From positions 1 to 50,064 of the forward strand of contig JAVYSG010000001.1 in assembly GCA_038729325.1 (NCBI GenBank): a stretch of DNA of 50,064 nt. Reading direction: 5' to 3'. A program made the translations under genes and the position numbers. This DNA is from Thermoplasmataceae archaeon. GTDB taxonomy: Archaea; Thermoplasmatota; Thermoplasmata; Thermoplasmatales; Thermoplasmataceae. This document shows positions 9,980 through 19,344 of this stretch, piece after piece (position 1 is the stretch's first letter; each line of letters starts with the position of its first letter). Under the pieces are notes generated by a model. It was not told where the DNA came from, made no database searches, and was given only the letters and a program-made list of their open reading frames with translations.

Positions 9980-10351
9980 TCATTTCCTGCCAAAAATACC
10001 CAGCAGAAGAAATGCTCCAAGGCCCGCAGCAAGGACCGTGACCAGTGTAAGGGGGCTGTCCCTGAAAAGGTGCATAACAGGATGCTTCGCAGGATCGAAA
10101 TGGTCAACATGTATGGAGTAATGACCAGGAAATTCCACTGCATGCACTCCCCTGTCAGAACCCGGGATGTTGGCCCTCCAGTCCGCTATCTGTCCCTTGG
10201 GCTCTCCAACCGATCTTTTAAACAGGCCGCTTTCCTCAGGCCTTGGCGTAATCGACCCGCCAAAGTTTATCTTGGGGACAGTCAGTTTTCCTGTCGCGAG
10301 GGCATCAGCGATTACAGTGCTCCAGAATTCATATGAACCGTGGGAGTTCAT
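9980..10351 (-). CDS. hypothetical His-rich protein with C-terminal membrane anchor
   Basis: The 123-aa ORF has a segment HAVEFPGHYSIHVDHFDPAKHPVMH followed by a single hydrophobic helix, LTLVTVLAAGLGAFLLLGIF. Confidence 0.4.
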   Translation of the reverse strand: MNSHGSYEFWSTVIADALATGKLTVPKINFGGSITPRPEESGLFKRSVGEPKGQIADWRANIPGSDRGVHAVEFPGHYSIHVDHFDPAKHPVMHLFRDSPLTLVTVLAAGLGAFLLLGIFGRK

Positions 10352-10499
10352 TTCATGCCTTAATGCAGATGTGATGGAAATAATTTATCTAAAGTTCATG
10401 CTGCATAAAATACATCAATGGATTTTCCAGTCCAAACAGTATTTATTGCATGGCACAATATCAGCTGCACCTGATAAATAGGTACAAAGTTGAACCGGG

Positions 10500-11684
10500 A
10501 TGAGTAAGGAACAGCCGAATGTTAGATCTGGAAAATTCTCCCTGCTTGTATCAGCACTGATCATAGTTGGAATAACTGTTTCACTCAGAGCCACAAACAA
10601 CATGATGATCACAACCATGCCCATATTCTCCAAGGACGTCTTTAAATTCAGCAATGTATCGGTGGGCGAATTAACTGCACTCACCTACGCCACTACTTTC
10701 CTCACAACCTTACTTCTTAATCCGAGGCTGGAAAGCAATCAGAGAAGGAGGATTTTCATAGCCTCCATTGCCATAATAGACGTTTCACTGGTTCTCCTTT
10801 ACTTCTCTGATTCCATAAGCATATGGCCCATTGCGGCTCTTTCAGGTGTTGCATTCGGCATGGTTTTTCCGAACCTCATAACATCTGCTTCACTTCATGG
10901 TGACCACCGGGCACAGATGAGGCTTCTTGCAATTTATTCCGTAAGCCTGAGCCTGAGTCTTGTGGTTGGGCCGGTTATTGAGACCTTAATTCTGCCTCTG
11001 GTGGGATACAGGGGTGTTTTCCTGGCATTTCTGCCCATGGGAGTGATCGGGACCGCAGTATCCCCACTTGTAAGATTTCCACAGGGAGGCGGGGAGAGAA
11101 GGGGGAGGAAAACCCTTGGAAACAGGTCACTGCATGCTTCACTCCTATCAATAAGCGTATACAATGTACCATTTGCAGCAATCACTTCTTTCCTCGTCAT
11201 TTACGCTGAGCAGAACTATCATGTCAGCAGCAGCGTAGCTTATTCTGCATTTATTATATTCTTTGCCTCATCTTTCACCACGCGCCTTCTCCTGGCTGTC
11301 AGGCCCGTTGAGGGGCTGAAAATTCCCCTGGTGATTTCATCTGCCATTACAGTTGTTTCCCTTTTGTCAATACCCTTCATCCCTGCTTTTTACACTTTCC
11401 TGATCGTCATGGTCTTCATGGGTATTCCCCACGGCAGCATTTTCCCAATTACTACAATGATGATTGCCAGAGGCACAGAACCTGAAGAGAGAAATGCAGC
11501 CAACTCCTATTTCATGGCCTATAACAACATACTCTTCATGATCATACCGGTTGTGTTCGGCTACCTGAGTTCACAGATCGGATTCCACGAAGATTTTGTG
11601 ATTCTTGGCGTAATTTCTGCAGCTTTTATAATAGCGCTGTTGATAATTTACGGCAGGGAGAGGAAGATATTCTACAGGAACTGA
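10500..11684 (+). CDS. MFS transporter
   Basis: The 394-aa ORF has about 12 hydrophobic segments and a size and loop pattern typical of the major facilitator superfamily. Confidence 0.7.
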   Translation: MSKEQPNVRSGKFSLLVSALIIVGITVSLRATNNMMITTMPIFSKDVFKFSNVSVGELTALTYATTFLTTLLLNPRLESNQRRRIFIASIAIIDVSLVLLYFSDSISIWPIAALSGVAFGMVFPNLITSASLHGDHRAQMRLLAIYSVSLSLSLVVGPVIETLILPLVGYRGVFLAFLPMGVIGTAVSPLVRFPQGGGERRGRKTLGNRSLHASLLSISVYNVPFAAITSFLVIYAEQNYHVSSSVAYSAFIIFFASSFTTRLLLAVRPVEGLKIPLVISSAITVVSLLSIPFIPAFYTFLIVMVFMGIPHGSIFPITTMMIARGTEPEERNAANSYFMAYNNILFMIIPVVFGYLSSQIGFHEDFVILGVISAAFIIALLIIYGRERKIFYRN

Positions 11685-11750
11685 CCGGCATATTCCCGCT
11701 CTTGAAGAGCATTTGAAATGGTTTAATATATTGCAGCGATTCACCATGCT

Positions 11751-12593
11751 ATGCCTGGAACTGTTGCAGATATCATGACACGGGATCCCATAACTTACCA
11801 CGTTCCCAGTACTGTTGGTGAAGTCATCAAGATACTCATAAAGAATAACATAACCGGGTTGCCGCTGGTGGATCAATCCGGAAAATATGCCGGTGTGATC
11901 AGCCGCAGGGATATATTCGAAAATCCTGATGAAAATCAGACTGCAATGGTTATGAGGAGGGCAAAAACTGTAGCCCCTGATACCACAGTGGAGGATGCAG
12001 CCCGTGAAATGACAAAGCAGTTCAGAAGGCATCTTGCCGTAGTTGATGATTCCGGAAATGTTGCAGGAATCCTGACTCCACAGAATTTCCTGAGGCTTGT
12101 GAGGGAACGCTTCGGGAAGATGAAGGTGAAGGATATAGAGAGAAGCCTGGCAGTTCCGGTGTGGGAAGAATCCCCACTGAGCGTGGTATCTTTCATAATG
12201 CGCGTTTCAAAGGCCTATGCGTGCCCGGTCATAGACATTAACGGAGATTTTGTGGGACTTGTTACTGACCGGGACATATTTGACAACATTGATGTGCGAT
12301 CAAAATTCCAGTTTTCAGAAACAGGAATGGCAGATGATGAGGACCCATGGTCATGGGAAGGAATCAGGAATGTTGTGACATACATGATTGAGAAGAGCAA
12401 TCTTGAGCTGCCTCACACACCAGTAAAGGAATTCATGATCAAAAAGCCGGTTGTTGCCAACACCACGGATACAATAGAAAACGCGGCAAAAAAGATGGAG
12501 ACTGGAAACTATAACCAGCTTCCAATAGTTCAGGGCAACGGGCACCTTGCCGGTATGCTCCAGGATATCCAGATACTGAGTGTTTTCCTATGA
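11751..12593 (+). CDS. CBS domain-containing protein (four CBS repeats)
   Basis: CBS-type segments recur (DIMTRDPIT..., ...LPLVDQSGKYAGVISRRDI..., ...LAVVDDSGNVAGILT..., ...PVIDINGDFVGLVTDRDI..., ...LPIVQGNGHLAGML). Confidence 0.8.
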   Translation: MPGTVADIMTRDPITYHVPSTVGEVIKILIKNNITGLPLVDQSGKYAGVISRRDIFENPDENQTAMVMRRAKTVAPDTTVEDAAREMTKQFRRHLAVVDDSGNVAGILTPQNFLRLVRERFGKMKVKDIERSLAVPVWEESPLSVVSFIMRVSKAYACPVIDINGDFVGLVTDRDIFDNIDVRSKFQFSETGMADDEDPWSWEGIRNVVTYMIEKSNLELPHTPVKEFMIKKPVVANTTDTIENAAKKMETGNYNQLPIVQGNGHLAGMLQDIQILSVFL

Positions 12594-14056
12594 AGGTATA
12601 CGACCAGGTTGTTGAACTTGCCAAGAGGAGAGGATTTTTCTGGCCTTCATTTTCCATATATGGCGGTGAATCCGGCCTTTATGACTACGGTCCTCTGGGT
12701 GTGCTGCTGCGGGACAATATAGTAAGGATATGGAAGGAGAGTTATATTGCAGATGATGCAATATTCATTGATACCCCGGTCATTGTTCCTGCCACTGTCT
12801 TCAGGGCATCAGGGCATCTTGACAAATTTGCAGACCTTGCAACGGAATGCACTAAATGCCACAACAGGCAGAAACTTGAAACAGTCCTTGAGGCGTCCGG
12901 CTTCCACAATATCATAAAAACTGTGCCGGAGGCCAACGAATTCCTGGCAAACAATGTGGTGAAATGCGTTGTATGCGGAAACAGAATAACAAGCGCAACA
13001 GAGTTCAAACTCATGTTCCGGATGCCATCGCAGGGAAGCACTGGAGATCTTTACCTGAGACCTGAAACTGCACAGGGAATATTTGTCAACTTCAGGCTGC
13101 TGAACAATTTCTACAGGAACAGGCTTCCAATGGCAGTGGCCCAGCTTGGGAAAGGATTCAGGAATGAGATCTCTCCACGCCAGAGCCTGATCAGGCTCAA
13201 GGAATTCAGCCAGGGGGAGGTCGAGGTATTCGTGGATCCACAGAAAAAGTTCTGGAAGGAGTTCACAGGCAGCCACAGGCTGAATCTTCTGCCAAGGTCG
13301 GGGGCTCCGGTTACTGCAGAGGTCACTTCCCCGGATGCGGCATCCTTCATGAGCAGCAATTCCATGGCCTACTTCATTGACAAAACCGCACAGATTCTCA
13401 GCAGGGTGGGCATAAGCCTGGAAAATGTAAGGTTCAGGCAGGTGCCTCTGAGCGACCTGGCCCACTATTCATCGGACACGTGGGATGTTGAGGTGCGCAT
13501 AGATGATGACTGGGTTGAGGTTGTTGGCATTGCAGACAGGAATGACCTGGCAAACCATGAAAAATCAAGCGGAGAAACAATGTCCGTGAAGATTGAAGAG
13601 AGGACCATCATGCCATCCATTATAGAGCCTTCCTACGGCATTGACAGGATCTTCATCAGCGTGATGATTCATTCCTTCAGGGTCCGGGAGAACGGCTTCA
13701 AGGTCCTGAGCCTGCCGGAATCCATCGCCCCATACCACGCGGCAGTGTTCCCACTGGTTAACAGGGATGGCCTGGACACCCTGGCTGAAAGTTTCTTCGC
13801 GAAGCTGAGGGCAAAGGATCCATACGTTATATATGATCAGTCCGGATCAATTGGACGCAGATATGCCAGGCAGGATGAAATCGGCACGCCCTACTGCATA
13901 ACATTTGACAGCCAGACCCTGCAGGATTCCACAGTTACCATACGGGAAAGAGATTCTGCAAAGCAGGCGAGATTCAGGACAGACGATCTGCTCTCCGCCG
14001 GAATAATAGGGAATAAGGCCATTCAGGAGGCCTTCAGGCCTTCCGTACTTCAATAA
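12590..14056 (+). CDS. glyS: glycine--tRNA ligase (archaeal/eukaryotic alpha2 type)
   Basis: The N-terminus ...AKRRGFFWPSFSIYGG..GLYDYGPLG and the motifs RPETAQG and FRNEISPR are class II GlyRS signatures. The start overlaps the CBS gene stop in an ATGA arrangement. Confidence 0.9.
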   Translation: MKVYDQVVELAKRRGFFWPSFSIYGGESGLYDYGPLGVLLRDNIVRIWKESYIADDAIFIDTPVIVPATVFRASGHLDKFADLATECTKCHNRQKLETVLEASGFHNIIKTVPEANEFLANNVVKCVVCGNRITSATEFKLMFRMPSQGSTGDLYLRPETAQGIFVNFRLLNNFYRNRLPMAVAQLGKGFRNEISPRQSLIRLKEFSQGEVEVFVDPQKKFWKEFTGSHRLNLLPRSGAPVTAEVTSPDAASFMSSNSMAYFIDKTAQILSRVGISLENVRFRQVPLSDLAHYSSDTWDVEVRIDDDWVEVVGIADRNDLANHEKSSGETMSVKIEERTIMPSIIEPSYGIDRIFISVMIHSFRVRENGFKVLSLPESIAPYHAAVFPLVNRDGLDTLAESFFAKLRAKDPYVIYDQSGSIGRRYARQDEIGTPYCITFDSQTLQDSTVTIRERDSAKQARFRTDDLLSAGIIGNKAIQEAFRPSVLQ

Positions 14057-14234
14057 TGCCGGCTGGACAGGATATTTCGGCTTCATGATTTGATTCGTAT
14101 TCCGAATCGGCTATTGTTTCCTGCCTGTAGCTTGCTTTTCCATCCCTGTCCATGTACCAGTTACTGCAAAGTGCAGTACATATTGCATCGCCCATGCATT
14201 TATCTCTCTCAATTGCAACCCGGTATACCGTCAT
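14034..14234 (-). CDS. small single-cluster ferredoxin with CxxDxxC...CP motif
   Basis: The protein reads MTVYRVAIERDKCMGDAICTALC...ISCPAGII. The ATG at 14234 overlaps the sufU stop as ATGA (plus strand tcat at 14231-14234). The ORF-track start at 14270 is less likely. Confidence 0.7.
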   Translation of the reverse strand: MTVYRVAIERDKCMGDAICTALCSNWYMDRDGKASYRQETIADSEYESNHEAEISCPAGIIEVRKA

Positions 14235-14623
14235 ATTTTCACATTTCCCCGGTCCAGCCTGGACAGACATTTCTGAAGAGTGTTAAGGGGGAGCAATGCA
14301 CATTTTTCCCTGCTCGGGCCCAGAGGCAATCCGATGAGGTCCAGGAGATACTGCGGCTTTATCCGCATGATCTCTTCGACACTTTTCCCCCTTGCCATAT
14401 CTGTCACCATGGAAGCTGATCCCTGGCTTATGGAGCATCCTCTCCCTATGAACTTTACGTCTTCCACCGTATTTCCCTTCAGCTTCACAAACATCTGGAC
14501 TGCATCGCCACATACCGGATTGTATTCCAGGAGCTCTGCAGTGGGACTTTCCATCCTGCCATAATTGTGAGGCGACCGGTAATGATCCATGAGTATCTCA
14601 GTCTTCTCTTCCACATCAGTCAT
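14231..14623 (-). CDS. sufU: SufU/IscU-type Fe-S cluster assembly scaffold / sulfur acceptor
   Basis: It shows NifU N-terminal-like motifs: NPVCGD, GRGCSISQGSASM and a C-terminal Cys. It has an ATGA overlap with sufS. Confidence 0.8.
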   Translation of the reverse strand: MTDVEEKTEILMDHYRSPHNYGRMESPTAELLEYNPVCGDAVQMFVKLKGNTVEDVKFIGRGCSISQGSASMVTDMARGKSVEEIMRIKPQYLLDLIGLPLGPSREKCALLPLNTLQKCLSRLDRGNVKI

Positions 14624-15900
14624 CTTGAGTACACCTCTGACGTTCTCTTAAGGGACATGAAAAGTTTTCTCACATCTTCCTCTGTATTATAGATATAATA
14701 TGATGCACGTGTGGTTGCAACCGTGTTGAGTCTGTGTGTCAGAGGCATTGCGCAGTGATGCCCTGACCTCACCGCAATCCCAGATGCGTCCAGAGAGGAT
14801 GCCACATCGTGTGGATGTATTGCTGTTCCCACGCCTATTCCGTCATCTGCAAGGGCCTGACTGACACCGAATGGAGGTATTTCCCCTATTGAGAAAGAAT
14901 AAACAGGCCCTCTTATTTCTGTATTTCTGGGACCATATGATAGAAGGCCGGGTATATTTTCTTCCTCCTCCATTTCCAGTGTCAGTTTTATCAGATCACG
15001 CCCATGTTTCATTACGTTGTTCATTCCGATAGATCTGAGGTAATCCACTGCTGCGGAAAGACCTATGGCACCGGCGATATCCGGAGTCCCTGCCTCAAAC
15101 TTCTCAGGAACCTCAGCCCAGGTGGAGTGTTCCCTATAGACCTCGCTGATCATTTCACCCCCTCCCATAAAGGGGTGCATGTTTTCCAGGAGTTCCTTCC
15201 TGCCGTAAAGTACTCCAATTCCGGTGGGCCCCAGCATCTTGTGCCCTGAAAATGCCATGAAATCACAGCCGATGGATTCAACATTAACCGGCATGTGAGG
15301 CACACTCTGCGCGCCATCAACTATGAATGTGGATCCATTGTCATGCGCCATTTTCCCAAGCTCCCTGACCGGATTGACAGTCCCAAGAACGTTGGACACA
15401 TGGGTTACAGAAAGAATTCTGGTCCTTGGCGAGATCTTGCTCTGAAGATCGTCCATATCCAGCGTTCCATCTGGCCTGATGTCAGCATAGACCAGTTTGA
15501 TACCTTTCTCCTGAAGAAACTGCCATGGCACTATGTTTGAGTGGTGTTCCATTATTGTAATCAGGATTTCGTCCCCCATGGACAGTTCCCTGCCAAGCGT
15601 ATATGATAGAAGATTAAGGGCCTCGGTGGCGTTCCTTACAAAGACTATCTGCCCTGGATCCCGTGACCCGATAAAATCCGAGACATTTTCCCGGGACCTG
15701 TTATACATCTCAGTAGCTTCCTCACTGAGTCTGTATATGCCCCTATGCACATTGCTGTTGTGGTAAAGATAAAAATCCGATATTGCGTTTATGACAGACA
15801 GCGGCTTCTGACTTGTTGCTGCGCTGTCGAGGTAGGTATAGCCGCTACCCAGATTGTGAAAAATAGGGAAATCTTCCTTAATCCGTTCCCAGGAAGGCAT
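14620..15900 (-). CDS. sufS: cysteine desulfurase (class V aminotransferase, SufS type)
   Basis: Motifs YLDSAATSQKP, the PLP-lysine motif SGHKMLGPTGIGVLYG and the active-site loop RSGHHCA are present. I preferred the ATG at 15900, which has GGTG 3 nt upstream. An alternative ATG lies at 15921. Confidence 0.9.
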   Translation of the reverse strand: MPSWERIKEDFPIFHNLGSGYTYLDSAATSQKPLSVINAISDFYLYHNSNVHRGIYRLSEEATEMYNRSRENVSDFIGSRDPGQIVFVRNATEALNLLSYTLGRELSMGDEILITIMEHHSNIVPWQFLQEKGIKLVYADIRPDGTLDMDDLQSKISPRTRILSVTHVSNVLGTVNPVRELGKMAHDNGSTFIVDGAQSVPHMPVNVESIGCDFMAFSGHKMLGPTGIGVLYGRKELLENMHPFMGGGEMISEVYREHSTWAEVPEKFEAGTPDIAGAIGLSAAVDYLRSIGMNNVMKHGRDLIKLTLEMEEEENIPGLLSYGPRNTEIRGPVYSFSIGEIPPFGVSQALADDGIGVGTAIHPHDVASSLDASGIAVRSGHHCAMPLTHRLNTVATTRASYYIYNTEEDVRKLFMSLKRTSEVYSR

Positions 15901-17125
15901 CGGCACCAAGTCCCTCTGCATATTCGTCTACTTTCTTAATCATTTCCTGATCTCCACCCCTTTCTATGATGGATTCAACAAAACCTGCAGTGATCATACG
16001 CTTGGCCTGGGCTTCACCTATGCCACGGGACCTGAGATAGAAGACCTGTTCCTCATCCACATCGCTTATGGAGGAAGCATGCTTTGACCTTGTGTTTGCG
16101 TTCTTGATCATGAGCCCTGGTTTGCTGTTTGCATACCCATCCCTGGAGAGCAGCAGGATCCTTGAATCATAGAAACCGGTTGAGTTTCTGGCCACCTCCT
16201 CAAGGTCGATGTTTCCCCTGTGGATTGTGGAACTCTTTCCAGTAACAACTCCCCTGACCTGAATGTCCGATGACGATGCAGTTCCGACCTGGAAACTGCT
16301 GTCCCTGATATCCATCTTCTGCACGCCACTGCTGAAATTAACGCCGTAAACCCTGAAATCTGATGATTCACCCATCTGCATGGACTCATCAGTGAATATA
16401 ACACGGGAAGCACCATGATTTACGTGGAATAACTGGAATCCTGCATATTTATCCAGATATTCTCTAATGTAGGTCAGATCCGTTGCTGTGTTTTCTTTGT
16501 CCTGAAGGTAACTGTACTGCATCCTGCTGTTCTCCCCGATGTGGCAGTAGATGTTCTGGCCCTGAATACCATCGCCTCTGCCCTGTGACGTGTGAATATC
16601 GGTTATCTTCACGCTGCAGTCCTTTCCGCAGATTATTACTGATTTCTTTGAATATGACTCCCTGGAATCTGAAATCTGATGAATTTTCAGTGATATATCT
16701 GTCCTGTCTGGAATATATATGAAGAGGCCATTTCTCCACGCTGCATTGATGAGGTGCTCTGCCCTGTCCCTGCCAAAATTTGAATAGACATATTCCTCCA
16801 CGAGGGTGTGGTGATCTCGAATTGCAGTGGCCATGTCTGTTATGATCACTCCAGGTTTTTCCGTTGCAGGTGAGTTTGCAAGGCTGTCGTTGAACATAAC
16901 AATCTGGGCTGTGTCTTCTACATCTGCAGCAGGAGTCCCGTTCACCGGCTCTGAATAAATCATCCGCTCAAGGTCGTTGTCCGCGATTTCCACATAATCC
17001 TTCACAGTTGGGCTTTCCTTGTAGCTCCGGACCGGTGCCTTCAGAAATTCAAGGAAAGAATCCCGCCTGTATTCGTAGGCTGGATCGTTCAGCCTGTTTC
17101 TGAGCAATTCAGGATAATTTTCCAT
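15878..17125 (-). CDS. sufD: Fe-S cluster assembly protein SufD
   Basis: The 415-aa ORF sits between sufB and sufS and has a SufBD-family C-terminal beta-helix region (...SRILLLSRDGYANSKPGLMI...EEQVFYLRSRGI...). Confidence 0.8.
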   Translation of the reverse strand: MENYPELLRNRLNDPAYEYRRDSFLEFLKAPVRSYKESPTVKDYVEIADNDLERMIYSEPVNGTPAADVEDTAQIVMFNDSLANSPATEKPGVIITDMATAIRDHHTLVEEYVYSNFGRDRAEHLINAAWRNGLFIYIPDRTDISLKIHQISDSRESYSKKSVIICGKDCSVKITDIHTSQGRGDGIQGQNIYCHIGENSRMQYSYLQDKENTATDLTYIREYLDKYAGFQLFHVNHGASRVIFTDESMQMGESSDFRVYGVNFSSGVQKMDIRDSSFQVGTASSSDIQVRGVVTGKSSTIHRGNIDLEEVARNSTGFYDSRILLLSRDGYANSKPGLMIKNANTRSKHASSISDVDEEQVFYLRSRGIGEAQAKRMITAGFVESIIERGGDQEMIKKVDEYAEGLGADAFLGTD

Positions 17126-17131
17126 GGAAGA

Positions 17132-18580
17132 TCATCCTACTGCGCCAAGCTTGTTCATTTCAAGCTTGATGAGCCTGTTCATCTCAACAGCAAATTCCAT
17201 TGGGATTTCCTTCATCACATCATCAAGAAAACCCAGAACTATCATTGAGCTGGCCTCATCTTCACTGAGTCCCCTCGACCTGAGATAGGTCAGTTCGTCT
17301 GTCCCGATCCTGCCCACTGTGGCTTCATGGCCGAATGTGGCTGTGGGTTCGTATATCTCATCGTGAGGGAAAGTGAAGCTCTGAGATTCATCATTTATGA
17401 GCAGCGCATCACACTGGACATGGCTTTTGGAATGAACTGCGCCCTTGTTCATCCTCAGCAGGCCGCGGTATATAGCTTTCCCGTCTTCTATACTTATGCT
17501 CTTTGCCACAATCCTTGAACTGGTATATGGTGCCAGGTGAAGAGCCTTGGCCCCGGTATCCTTGATTGTGCCCGGACCAGCCAGCGATACATTGAGATTA
17601 TGCGCTGAAGCATGAGGGCCCCTCAGGTATGAAGATGGGTAAAGCATCGTTACCTTGGATCCAAGCGAGCCCCCAACCCATTCCATCTGGCCGTTCTCCT
17701 CAACCCATGCCCTCTTTGTTGGCATGTTGTAAACGCTCTTGGACCAGTTCTGCACACTTGTATACCTTGCGTGAGCGTTCTTCTCCACATATATTTCTAC
17801 AATTGCACTGTGCAGTGAATTTTTCTCATATCTCGGGGCTGTGCAGCCTTCAATGTAGTGAACGCTTGACCCCTCATCTGCAACGACAATTGTGTGCTCG
17901 AACTGCCCCGTCTGCTCACCGTTCATCCTGAAATATGTCTGCAGGGGCATGTCTATCCGTACACCTTTCGGAACGTAGAGGAATGAACCACCGCTCCATA
18001 CAGCTCCATTAAGTGCTGCAAACTTGTTGTCAGTGGGTGGGACTGCCCTGCAGAAATAATCCTTCACAAGGTCAGGGTGGGTCTTGAGTGCAAGGTCAAG
18101 ATCCATGAACAGGACGCCTTTGTCCTCCCATACCTTCCTGAGGTTATGATATACCCCCTCGCTATCGTACTGTGCAACTGAACCTGCAAGGTACTTCTGC
18201 TCCATCTCAGGGACACCCAGCTTATTGAACGTGTCCTTGATCTGGTCTGGAACTTCCTCCCAGTTGTTTGTTTTTACCTCATCCGGACGTGTATAATATT
18301 TCGTGTTTTCCCAGTCTATGCCTGAAAGGTCAGGTCCCCACACAGGAACAGGCTTGCTCTGGAAGATCTCAAGTGCCTTCAGCCTGAATCTTCTCATCCA
18401 GTCAGGTTCCTTCTTTATCTCTGATATCTCCTCCACAATCTTCCTGTTCAGGCCAGCACCTGTGGAGTATACAGGCTGCAGGTTGTCGTGAAATTCCCAA
18501 TCCTCTTTTCTGACATTTGACTTCTTGAGATCCTCAAGAAGTTTTTCCATTTCCTCTTCCTTGCTGTATTCTGTTTCCAT
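17132..18580 (-). CDS. sufB: Fe-S cluster assembly protein SufB
   Basis: The sequence is strongly SufB-like (...HYIEGCTAP..., ...FPHDEI..., ...ELTYLRSRGLSEDEA...). Confidence 0.9.
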   Translation of the reverse strand: METEYSKEEEMEKLLEDLKKSNVRKEDWEFHDNLQPVYSTGAGLNRKIVEEISEIKKEPDWMRRFRLKALEIFQSKPVPVWGPDLSGIDWENTKYYTRPDEVKTNNWEEVPDQIKDTFNKLGVPEMEQKYLAGSVAQYDSEGVYHNLRKVWEDKGVLFMDLDLALKTHPDLVKDYFCRAVPPTDNKFAALNGAVWSGGSFLYVPKGVRIDMPLQTYFRMNGEQTGQFEHTIVVADEGSSVHYIEGCTAPRYEKNSLHSAIVEIYVEKNAHARYTSVQNWSKSVYNMPTKRAWVEENGQMEWVGGSLGSKVTMLYPSSYLRGPHASAHNLNVSLAGPGTIKDTGAKALHLAPYTSSRIVAKSISIEDGKAIYRGLLRMNKGAVHSKSHVQCDALLINDESQSFTFPHDEIYEPTATFGHEATVGRIGTDELTYLRSRGLSEDEASSMIVLGFLDDVMKEIPMEFAVEMNRLIKLEMNKLGAVG

Positions 18581-18591
18581 ATAAATTCACC

Positions 18592-19344
18592 TCACGCAGT
18601 ATTTTTTATCCAGTCGTACCCTTCTTCCTCAATCCTGAGCGACAGACTGTTGTTTCCATCCATGACAATCTTTCCATCCTTTAGAATATGCACGAATTCA
18701 GGCTCTATGTCCTTCAGTATTCTCTGGTAATGGGTAATGATGAGGAAGCCCACTTCCTGACTGTAGTATTCCCTTATCTCTTCTGCAACCAGCTTGAGAG
18801 CATCCACATCCAGGCCAGAATCAATTTCATCCAGAATAACGATTTTCGGCCTCAGGATCATCATCTGCAGAATTTCAAACCTCTTTCTCTCTCCGCCGGA
18901 AAAGCCGTCATTAACCGACCTTGACATGAAAGATTCGTCCAGGCCAACTTTCTTCATGTGCAGCTTCATTCTGTCATAGAACTCTGAAAGTTTTGCTGTG
19001 TCCTCAGGATGAACCTGCTTGTATGCAGCCCTCATGAATGCTGATAACTTTACGCCAACGACTGCAACCGGACTCTGGAACGCCAGAAACAGACCTGCCC
19101 TTGCCCTCTCTTCGGGAGTTTTGCCTGTAAGATCCTTTCCATCAAGCATGATGGAACCGCCGTTTATCACATAATTGGGATGCCCTATTAGCACGTTTCC
19201 CAGTGTGCTTTTTCCGGCCCCGTTAGGGCCCATTAAAGCATGTATCTCCCCACCTTTGACTGTAAGATTCACTCCCTTCAGTATCTGTTTGCCCTCCACT
19301 GAGGCACTGAGATTGTTTATGATCAATTCTGGCAAATGTTGCAC
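18592..19344 (-). CDS. sufC: Fe-S cluster assembly ATPase SufC
   Basis: It has Walker [10 protein letters not shown], the signature FSGGERKR and Walker B ILDEIDSGLD. No ATG lies near the conserved N-terminus. Candidate starts are GTG at 19344 or TTG at 19335 (giving M-PELIINNLSASVEGK). The 332-aa ORF-track version is an artefactual upstream extension. Confidence 0.9.
   Translation of the reverse strand: MQHLPELIINNLSASVEGKQILKGVNLTVKGGEIHALMGPNGAGKSTLGNVLIGHPNYVINGGSIMLDGKDLTGKTPEERARAGLFLAFQSPVAVVGVKLSAFMRAAYKQVHPEDTAKLSEFYDRMKLHMKKVGLDESFMSRSVNDGFSGGERKRFEILQMMILRPKIVILDEIDSGLDVDALKLVAEEIREYYSQEVGFLIITHYQRILKDIEPEFVHILKDGKIVMDGNNSLSLRIEEEGYDWIKNTA

Noticed and set aside
9839-10336. A 165-aa plus-strand ORF lies antisense to the 123-aa His-rich protein gene.
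   Set aside because: The product is Arg- and Ser-rich and looks non-coding, whereas the minus-strand ORF has a plausible globular domain plus a TM anchor.
12809-13465. A 218-aa minus-strand ORF lies inside glyS.
   Set aside because: It is a shadow ORF opposite a confidently identified GlyRS, and its composition looks non-coding.
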